A stretch of DNA of 63,968 nt from a virus (Duplodnaviria > Caudoviricetes), in the IMG/VR virus record IMGVR_UViG_3300043443_000209, positions 1-63,968 of that record. One strand, written 5' to 3'. The notes under the pieces are model-generated. The model saw only the letters and a list, made by a program, of their open reading frames with translations. It was not told the origin of the DNA and searched no databases. Position numbers and translations under genes: made by a program. This document shows positions 57,080 through 63,968 of this stretch, piece after piece; position 1 is the stretch's first letter, and the number at the start of each line of letters is the position of its first letter.

Positions 57080-58383
57080 TAGACTTACAGGAATTTGAGA
57101 AGATTATAGCCTTTAAATCAATTACGGATTCAACATATTTGAATTCTATAGTTGACCATGTGAAGCCCCAATACTTCGAAAACGCAAATATTGGAAAATA
57201 TATTGAAATTGTTAAGGATTTTCATGAAAGGCATCATAAATTACCCACCATAACGGAGATTAAGCCGTATTTAACCTCAGATTCGCTCAAGATTGGTTTC
57301 AAATCCTTGGTTGAGTCCTTTAAGGGGATGGATAGCAACCTCGACAGAACCGAACTGTATACTAATACAGAGAAATTCCTTAAGGAACGAGCAACTTGGA
57401 CTAACATTTTGGAGATTGTTGAGAATGCAGAGAAGAAAACCAAGAATCCGTCAGAGGTTTTGGAAGCATTTGAGAAGATTTGTGGTATTTGTCTTGACAC
57501 AGATCATGGAATGGAGCTTTTCGGGGATGCTGATAAGATTGTTGATGACCTTTTGAATGATGAAATCTATATTTCATCGGGTTGGAGATGGGTTGATGAA
57601 CATTTAGGGGGTGGTTATCGTCAAGATGGCAAGGCATTATATATGTTTGCGGGTCAAGCTAACATTGGTAAGAGTATTTTTCTTGGAAATGTCGCTGCAA
57701 ACATTGCAGAACAGGGTAAAAATGTCCTTGTAGTGTCTTTGGAAATGTCTGAGATGCTTTATGCGAAGAGAATTGCCTCAAATGTCACTAAAATTCCCTT
57801 AAGAAACTTCAAAAGTGATACCCACACCCTTAGATATGCTCTAAGGGAGGAAGGAAAGAAGAATGGTAAGATTTTCATCAAGGAATTCCCACCATCAACT
57901 ATAACTGTCAATCAATTATCAGCATTTATTAGAAAATTGCTTGATACTGGCATCAAAATCGATGCTGTGGTCATAGATTACCTCTCATTGCTTCATACAA
58001 ACAAGGGAACTAACTCCTATGAGAGAATTAAGTACATTTGTGAGCAAGTTAGAGCATTATCTTACATTTATGCTTGCCCATTTATCTCTGCTGTGCAATT
58101 ATCAAGAGGTTCTTTCGGTAAAGAGAACCCCGGAATGGAAGGAATCGCTGAATCCATCGGTGTAGCAGCCACAGCAGATGTTATTATGTCAATTTTCCAG
58201 ACAGAAGAGGATATGGAGATGGGATTAATCAAATTAGGTATGATTAAAAACCGATTTGGTCCCCGTGGAATGGTTCAAGCCATGAAAATACTCTATGATA
58301 CTCTAACTATCATGCAATCTGATGAAGAGGAGGAGATTATGGGGGAAGATGATATGTCAATTCTAGAGAAGTTTGCCAATTAA
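57076..58383 (+). CDS. gp41: Replicative DnaB-like helicase (gp41)
   Basis: GQANIGKS, SLEMSE, IKEFP, VIDYL, SAVQLSR, AESIG...TAD, KNRFG. Confidence 0.93.
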   Translation: MIDLQEFEKIIAFKSITDSTYLNSIVDHVKPQYFENANIGKYIEIVKDFHERHHKLPTITEIKPYLTSDSLKIGFKSLVESFKGMDSNLDRTELYTNTEKFLKERATWTNILEIVENAEKKTKNPSEVLEAFEKICGICLDTDHGMELFGDADKIVDDLLNDEIYISSGWRWVDEHLGGGYRQDGKALYMFAGQANIGKSIFLGNVAANIAEQGKNVLVVSLEMSEMLYAKRIASNVTKIPLRNFKSDTHTLRYALREEGKKNGKIFIKEFPPSTITVNQLSAFIRKLLDTGIKIDAVVIDYLSLLHTNKGTNSYERIKYICEQVRALSYIYACPFISAVQLSRGSFGKENPGMEGIAESIGVAATADVIMSIFQTEEDMEMGLIKLGMIKNRFGPRGMVQAMKILYDTLTIMQSDEEEEIMGEDDMSILEKFAN

Positions 58384-58396
58384 ATTAAATAATATC

Positions 58397-58825
58397 ATGA
58401 AAAAGGATGATTTAGAAAAAATGAGTCTTATGTATAAGAATACTATACTAAATGAGGTTCATTATCATCCAAATTTTATTGCGATGGGCATTCCTACTAA
58501 TTTAGAAATTAGTCCAGAGGATAAAGAGCGTATTAATAAGCTTTTGACGAGTTTTCATAAGCTGTTGCGCGGGGTAACACTACCTGCTGGTATATATTTT
58601 GCCGATATTTCTACAGGAAAGCCTATATCCACTCCAGATAGTCCTATTACTAGCGAAATGGTTGAAACTATATTATATTACTTTGTATTTGAACAGTTAG
58701 GGATCGGTTCATCGAAACTAGATTCCTATTCATTGGAAGAAGCAAGCGAAGTTTTATATAGAAACATGGAAAATACTATAAAAATCGCAATGGGGGAGAA
58801 AATTGAGGACGATGACGAGTATTGA
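58397..58825 (+). CDS. Hypothetical, probable late or internal protein
   Basis: TAAATA-N5-ATG; N-terminal MKKDDLEKMSLMY...ILNE. Confidence 0.6.
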   Translation: MKKDDLEKMSLMYKNTILNEVHYHPNFIAMGIPTNLEISPEDKERINKLLTSFHKLLRGVTLPAGIYFADISTGKPISTPDSPITSEMVETILYYFVFEQLGIGSSKLDSYSLEEASEVLYRNMENTIKIAMGEKIEDDDEY

Positions 58826-58855
58826 CTTTTACAATTTATATGTAAATATATAGTA

Positions 58856-59707
58856 ATGTCGAAAATTTTCATATGGGCAAATTCTGATATGGATGGTGCT
58901 GTTAGCACTATTCTATTGGGAAATATGTTTCCAAATATGGAGTATCGGTATGTGTTTTTCGGTAGTTTTTTGGAATCCTACCTTGAATGGGAACACAATT
59001 TAGAGAATTATGATAAAGTGTTCGTTGTTGGCATGGTATTAGACCAATCAATGGTTAATAAGATTGACGATCACAAGCTTGTCTTCATTTCAGACCGGGG
59101 GGAGAAGTTAAAAACATTTGATTCCACGATTATTTCGGAAGTTTATACATCTTGTTCTAAACTAATCTATAAAACATTTAAGAAGAAGTTTGAAATTCCT
59201 GATAATATTAAAAGATTAGTTCTTTATGCTGATGATTATAATGATTATAAACTAAAACATATTGAATCAGAGTATTTAAATGCGGTTTATAGAAAAACCA
59301 CCTATAATAGATTTAAATGGTTCGTAAAAAGATTTTGGAATGGATATGATGGGTTGACTGATGCTGAAATGAAGAAGGCGGAAGAGTTCTTTGCGGAAAT
59401 TGATGCAGAGATTGATGGATTGGAGATTTACAGAGGTCAATATAAAGAATGGGATGTTGTGGCAACATTCTCAAAGTATTCTGTCAATGAAGTTGCAAAG
59501 AAATTAATGGACAAATTCACTCCTCATGTGGTTATCGTTGTTAATACTGATACACAATTCGTTTCATTTAGAAAACCAGAGGGTTCTCCTGCTGATATTG
59601 CTTTCATGGCTGAGAAGTTATGTGAAGGGGGAGGAGGAGAATTTGCCTCTGGAGGTAAAATAACCCAAAAATTCTTAGATTTTACAACACAACTACAACA
59701 ATTATGA
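58856..59707 (+). CDS. DHH/DHHA1 phosphoesterase-like protein (degenerate)
   Basis: SDMDG, TSCSKL, DDY, VSFR, GGGG..ASGG; no intact DHH triad. Confidence 0.65.
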   Translation: MSKIFIWANSDMDGAVSTILLGNMFPNMEYRYVFFGSFLESYLEWEHNLENYDKVFVVGMVLDQSMVNKIDDHKLVFISDRGEKLKTFDSTIISEVYTSCSKLIYKTFKKKFEIPDNIKRLVLYADDYNDYKLKHIESEYLNAVYRKTTYNRFKWFVKRFWNGYDGLTDAEMKKAEEFFAEIDAEIDGLEIYRGQYKEWDVVATFSKYSVNEVAKKLMDKFTPHVVIVVNTDTQFVSFRKPEGSPADIAFMAEKLCEGGGGEFASGGKITQKFLDFTTQLQQL

Positions 59708-59979
59708 GTTTCGATCCAGCATCCAACCTAATAGAAGACGAATCCACACATTTATTCTTGTGCTACTGCACATTTATAATGAACACCAAGGGCAAGAAGC
59801 TCTCAATTCAGAATGTTTTCATTCACACCCTGCAATCGGAGAAGCTGAAAAGTGTTCTTCGTGAGATTTTAAACCTTGACACTGACTTCGAACTTGTTAA
59901 GATGTTTCTAGACTTCGATCCCTCCATAGCGAAATCGAAATATGTCACGAAATATATTAACAATAGCAAGAAGTGGTAA
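59704..59979 (+). CDS. Hypothetical protein
   Basis: 91-aa coupled ORF. Confidence 0.65.
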   Translation: MSFDPASNLIEDESTHLFLCYCTFIMNTKGKKLSIQNVFIHTLQSEKLKSVLREILNLDTDFELVKMFLDFDPSIAKSKYVTKYINNSKKW

Positions 59980-60623
59980 CTGAATTCGAAAAACAGATAT
60001 ACAACAACCATTTGGTTGTGTCCCGAAGAATTAAAGGACAACCTTTTAAGATAAAAAAGGATTTTACTAATTTAGAAGAAGATAAATTAGTTTCATTACA
60101 AAAATTATCTAAACTTTTTAATGATTATCCCAATTTAAAGCAGGAAGAGTTCTTCGAAGCCCCCTATAAGGTGTATCCTGATGAAGATATCTACTATCCG
60201 TTAGACTTTTATACTAGACCAAAGGCAATTAAGTGCTATACTCAGTATATGAAGGAATTGGAAATGACCAATCCAGACTCTGAACAAAGTCTGAAAAGAT
60301 TGATTGCATCTTTATCCTTTGTGGCTAAATATTGTAAGGAAAAGGGTATTGATTTAGATCAGTATGAATCATTTGAAGAAGGAACATTACCGTGTTTCGT
60401 AGAGCATCTGAAACATCACAATATAAATTATTACACGCTTCATGCCTTGACATTCCGAAAACCTGCGATAGAATCACGAATATTGGATTTCGTATTTCCT
60501 GATTTCTACCGCATCTTTCAGATCACTAGGGCATCTTTCTACAATTCTTCCAAAATGAAGGAAGTTTCTAAGAAAGCGATACTAAAAATAACTGAAAAAC
60601 TAAAAGAAACAAAAAATAACTAA
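59973..60623 (+). CDS. Hypothetical protein, possibly a helicase loader (gp59 position)
   Basis: About 216 aa, helical, directly upstream of gp32 as gp59 is in T4. Sequence similarity is not evident by eye. Confidence 0.4.
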   Translation: MVTEFEKQIYNNHLVVSRRIKGQPFKIKKDFTNLEEDKLVSLQKLSKLFNDYPNLKQEEFFEAPYKVYPDEDIYYPLDFYTRPKAIKCYTQYMKELEMTNPDSEQSLKRLIASLSFVAKYCKEKGIDLDQYESFEEGTLPCFVEHLKHHNINYYTLHALTFRKPAIESRILDFVFPDFYRIFQITRASFYNSSKMKEVSKKAILKITEKLKETKNN

Positions 60624-60644
60624 AAATACTAAAAATACTAAAAT
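60581..60644 (+). repeat. ACTAAAAAT-type repeats directly upstream of the gp32 start (candidate translational operator)
   Basis: actaaaaata actgaaaa actaaaag...actaaaaat actaaaaat actaaaat ATG. Confidence 0.65.
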
Positions 60645-61571
60645 ATGAGTAAAAAATACAACGCAAGTATGTTTGACAAAATCAAGGATACTTTACAAAA
60701 GTCGGAAAAGACCAGTAATGGTTCTTTTGCAAACATCATGAAGTTCCCAGCGGGTCATACCTATACACTTAGATTGATTCCAGATGTTGAGGGACTTTCA
60801 GAAGGGGAAGATAAAACATTCTTCCATCACTATGTCCATCAATGGACTTCAAGAAAAGACGGATCATTTGTATCCGCAATTTCTCTGAGAAGTTTCGGAG
60901 AAAGAGATCCAATCAACGAAGCTCGTTGGAGACTTTATAAGGATTGGAAAGATGGTGAACCAGCAGCAGACGAAAAGTTCGAAAATCCTATTAAGGAAAA
61001 GGAACAATGGTTTGTTAATGTTTATGTCGTTGATGATCCGTCAAATCCTGAAAATAATGGTAAGGTTAAGATCCTCTCTATGGGTCCACAACTTAAGGCT
61101 ATTGTTGATGAGGCAATGACTGGTGATAGAGCAGATGAATTTGGTCCTGCCATTTTCGATCTATCAAGCGATGGTGCAGATTTTAAGATCAAGGCTGATA
61201 AGCAAGGTGTCTACACCACTTATATCAAGTCGTTCTTCACTTCTAAGTCTTCTTTGGACTTGTCTGATGAAGAAATTGATGAGATCTATGGAAAGACTCA
61301 TGATCTTACTAAGATCTATCAAGTTAAGACTGCGGAAGAACTGCAAGACTTACTGGATCAACACTTCTTCTGTGGTGAAGATGTGGATGGTGCTCCTAAG
61401 AAGGAAGTTGCTAAGAAGGTGGAACCTAAGAAGGAAGTGGTTAAGAAAACTACTCCCGCTAAGAAACCAGCAGCAAAGCCTGAGAGTGTTATCGAAGAAG
61501 ATGACATTCCAATGTTCCATGATACTGATAGCAATGTCGATGACATTCTTGACGAATTGGATCTTGACTAA
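60645..61571 (+). CDS. gp32: Single-stranded DNA-binding protein (gp32)
   Basis: LRLIP, HYVH.W, DPI.E, NVYVVDDPSNPENNGKVKI, FDLS.DGADFKIK; acidic tail DDILDELDLD. Confidence 0.9.
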   Translation: MSKKYNASMFDKIKDTLQKSEKTSNGSFANIMKFPAGHTYTLRLIPDVEGLSEGEDKTFFHHYVHQWTSRKDGSFVSAISLRSFGERDPINEARWRLYKDWKDGEPAADEKFENPIKEKEQWFVNVYVVDDPSNPENNGKVKILSMGPQLKAIVDEAMTGDRADEFGPAIFDLSSDGADFKIKADKQGVYTTYIKSFFTSKSSLDLSDEEIDEIYGKTHDLTKIYQVKTAEELQDLLDQHFFCGEDVDGAPKKEVAKKVEPKKEVVKKTTPAKKPAAKPESVIEEDDIPMFHDTDSNVDDILDELDLD

Positions 61572-61596
61572 TTAATAGTCTTGACTACATAATACT

Positions 61597-62109
61597 ATGG
61601 ATAATACTATTCCTCCAATGTCGCCGGATGATTTTGCAGCTTTAGCTGGATTAGCTAAAAATCTGTATCAAGAATCTAAACTAGTTGAAAGCTTTGTTTC
61701 AGATAATCCTGTGCATGGAGAAGACCCTCAAGCTGGTTCCAGAATCATTAAAGAGCAACTTGAAAAGGCTCAGAGAATGGCCAGAGAGAATGCCATACGT
61801 ATGCAACAACTAAATACCCCACCACAACCGATAATCAATCCTGCGATTGTTGGTGGGCCATCTGATGTAATACCACCGGAATATTTTAATCCTAATATTC
61901 CATTGCCAAGTGTGGTAACTCCCCCACAATACCCACAACAAGCAATCCAACCACCAGTTGATAATACACAACTTGAATTGAAGTTTGATGCTAGTAAGCA
62001 AGATATAACTAATGATCTATTAAGAGAAATCTCCAAGAAGTTGACGAAAATCTTGGAAAAATTAGAGGAAAGACCAATACCTGAAAAAAAGCATGTCAAG
62101 AAAGATTAA
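61597..62109 (+). CDS. Hypothetical Pro/Gln-rich protein
   Basis: 170-aa ORF with QLELKF and a C-terminal coiled coil. Confidence 0.65.
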   Translation: MDNTIPPMSPDDFAALAGLAKNLYQESKLVESFVSDNPVHGEDPQAGSRIIKEQLEKAQRMARENAIRMQQLNTPPQPIINPAIVGGPSDVIPPEYFNPNIPLPSVVTPPQYPQQAIQPPVDNTQLELKFDASKQDITNDLLREISKKLTKILEKLEERPIPEKKHVKKD

Positions 62110-62809
62110 CTTTAAGAAAGAAGATATCAAATCATTTTTGGAATCTTTGTCAAAAATTTCAGATACGGCAATCGTAAATATTACCTCTGATAATATGTAT
62201 GCTATATCATCGTCTGATGATAGAAGTATGTTTTTGTGGGCCAAGTTGGAATCTGAATTTGAAGAAGAAGCAATTCTCAATCTTCCATCGGTTAAGAAAC
62301 TATCAAAGGCATTGGGATTGGTGGGAGACAATGTGGAGTTTACTCTAAATTCAAACAATTTAGAATATACTGGCGAAAGAATTAAGTTCAAATACCATTT
62401 ATTCGACAATGGTATTTTGGTTGCGCCTAAGCTAACACTATCTAAGATTGAAAGTCTTCAATACGAGTTTGAATTTTCAGTCAATAAATCATTTTTGATT
62501 GGATTGTTAAAACAGGCATCCATCTTTAAGGATACTAACAAATTATACATCTTTACTAATGACGGAAAACTTTATTGGTCACTTGCAGACAAGACTATGA
62601 CCAATAGTGATGTTCTAACTGTCGAAGGTTCCGAAGTTGATTTTGAATTGGAAGAAGACTTTATCATAAACATGGACAATCTACAACTTCTACACTATGG
62701 TAGTTGTGAAACCCTAGATTTCAGTATCAATAAAATGGGTATTGGAAAAATCGGGTTGAAAAATGGCAATGTCGAATTAAATTATATTATATCAAGCTTA
62801 ACAAGATGA
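62093..62809 (+). CDS. gp45: Sliding clamp (gp45-like)
   Basis: 238 aa, two-fold alpha/beta repeat (FLESLSKISD..., LLKQASIF), DFIINMDNL, YII near the C-terminus; replication context. Confidence 0.72.
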   Translation: MSRKINFKKEDIKSFLESLSKISDTAIVNITSDNMYAISSSDDRSMFLWAKLESEFEEEAILNLPSVKKLSKALGLVGDNVEFTLNSNNLEYTGERIKFKYHLFDNGILVAPKLTLSKIESLQYEFEFSVNKSFLIGLLKQASIFKDTNKLYIFTNDGKLYWSLADKTMTNSDVLTVEGSEVDFELEEDFIINMDNLQLLHYGSCETLDFSINKMGIGKIGLKNGNVELNYIISSLTR

Positions 62810-63150
62810 ACAAGAAACCTAAAAAGAACAACATCACCACTGGAGGATATTTTTTAAATAGACTTAAGGATAGTGGATTTATCGCCATTCGTTTATTCAA
62901 CGATTATGGTATGCACGATCCTAGAAAGTGGACAATTATGGTAGATCCTAGTGGTCATTCTCTAATTATTACCTGTTATATCAACAAGGATGATAAGGGG
63001 GATGTGGTATTTGAGCTAAATGATGGTGGAAACCTGTTTCCCAAGAATTATTTCATTAAAACACAGTCTATGGAGATTATTGTTACTACTCTCATCGAAA
63101 GAGGGGTTCCTCAGAAAAAAGAGGACAGTAATTATGTCAAAGAATGTTAA
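62806..63150 (+). CDS. Hypothetical protein
   Basis: 114-aa coupled ORF. Confidence 0.7.
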   Translation: MNKKPKKNNITTGGYFLNRLKDSGFIAIRLFNDYGMHDPRKWTIMVDPSGHSLIITCYINKDDKGDVVFELNDGGNLFPKNYFIKTQSMEIIVTTLIERGVPQKKEDSNYVKEC

Positions 63151-63158
63151 ATATATAC

Positions 63159-63464
63159 ATGGACGACAAAGATCCAAGTAAAGACAAGTATGACGAATTC
63201 AGCGATGAGCAAATTAAGGAAATTCTTAAGGAAGCGTTATACTTAAAAGTTAAAGAGAAGAAGCAATTACCCAAGAGACAAGAGTTAAACAATGCTCTTA
63301 TAGGAACCTTGGGTGAGTTTCTAACCTGTTTCAAGCTAATTGGCTATGATCTACAAGGTAATCCCATCAATATGACTGTATATAAAGAAAACATTGAGAA
63401 ATCCGCATTGGACAATGCCTTTATGGAAGAAATTGGTAGGTTTATGAACAGTAGAATTGGTTGA
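63159..63464 (+). CDS. Hypothetical protein
   Basis: TAAATA-N5-ATG at MDDKD. Confidence 0.65.
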   Translation: MDDKDPSKDKYDEFSDEQIKEILKEALYLKVKEKKQLPKRQELNNALIGTLGEFLTCFKLIGYDLQGNPINMTVYKENIEKSALDNAFMEEIGRFMNSRIG

Positions 63465-63465
63465 T

Positions 63466-63744
63466 ATGGGACTCTTTAGTAAAAAGATTAAATCTGGAAG
63501 TGCTTATGCTTGTCAGGCAGGGGATCATGCGGGTAAAATGCTGATCTATATATCTAAAAAGGGTGAAAAGTATGGTTTTCTATCCATTCCAACGATGGAA
63601 AATCTGTGGATTCCAACAAAAGAGTTTGACAATGGAATAAAAAATAGTATTATTGAGTATGTCGAGCGAGTTCCGAAAGAAGTTAGAAAAGTTACCGAAG
63701 CACAGTTTCTGTCGAATAGTCTAATAGATGAGAAAAAAATATAA
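63466..63744 (+). CDS. Hypothetical protein
   Basis: About 92-aa ORF in the operon. Confidence 0.6.
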   Translation: MGLFSKKIKSGSAYACQAGDHAGKMLIYISKKGEKYGFLSIPTMENLWIPTKEFDNGIKNSIIEYVERVPKEVRKVTEAQFLSNSLIDEKKI

Positions 63745-63968
63745 ATATCCAGATAAAGCAGGTATATATAAATTAACATGTATCATAAACAATAAAATTT
63801 ATATTGGTAAGGCAGTAAATTTTAGAAAAAGGATCGAAAATCATGAAGTTTGTAATGAAAGGACTAAAAATAAGTATGCGTTACAAAGAGCTATTATTAA
63901 ATATGGATGGGATTCCTTCGATGTTGAAATTATAGAAATATTTGAAAATTTTGATAAAAAGAAAGATA
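63728..63968 (+). CDS. GIY-YIG homing endonuclease (truncated by the window end; not in the ORF track)
   Basis: Translated by hand: MRKKYKYPDKAGIYKLTCIINNKIYIGKAVNFRKRIENH...LQRAIIKYGWDSFDVEIIE. Confidence 0.85.
   Translation, partial: MRKKYKYPDKAGIYKLTCIINNKIYIGKAVNFRKRIENHEVCNERTKNKYALQRAIIKYGWDSFDVEIIEIFENFDKKKD

Noticed and set aside
48903-58383. Inteins or introns in gp43, uvsX or gp41
   Set aside because: Lengths are ordinary, motifs are contiguous, and no intein splice-junction signatures were seen.
59704-59979. gp33 late co-activator, by position
   Set aside because: Only synteny supports it; no recognisable sequence motif.
1-63968. Stop-codon reassignment
   Set aside because: Core genes are full length in the standard code, coding density is high, and TAA, TGA and TAG all end genes.

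Overview
A 64-kb, AT-rich segment of a large T4-like (myovirus-type) bacteriophage genome that reads cleanly in the standard genetic code. Positions ~1-42.5 kb are almost all on the minus strand. They carry head and neck genes (gp23, gp22, gp21, gp4, gp13, gp20, gp15), three very large fibre-like proteins (two built from Trp-periodic repeats), an AAA ATPase, a DinG-like helicase, a GroES-like chaperonin, a ~9-kb glycan-synthesis operon (glycosyl-, methyl- and sulfotransferases, an epimerase, a kinase) and a cluster of probable internal head proteins; phoH lies within this arm on the plus strand. Positions ~42.5-64 kb are mostly plus strand and carry the replication, recombination and late-transcription module (uvsY, uvsW, gp55, gp47, gp46, gp43, uvsX, gp41, gp32, gp45), two more glycosyltransferases and a DNA methyltransferase. 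The most notable signals are: (1) a candidate virion-glycosylation system (glycan operon plus a recurrent L-S-[A/G/S/T] motif and N-x-S/T sequons concentrated in exposed virion proteins); (2) late and sigma70-type promoter motifs at a fixed distance from the start codon, implying leaderless mRNAs; (3) an internal protein carrying a copy of the mature N-terminal arm of the major capsid protein; (4) an ArfA-like KKGKGSY motif in a prohead-core gene; (5) tandem gene-less promoters firing into G-tracts at the strand switch, a candidate R-loop origin. All assignments come from motif recognition by eye; no database searches were run.
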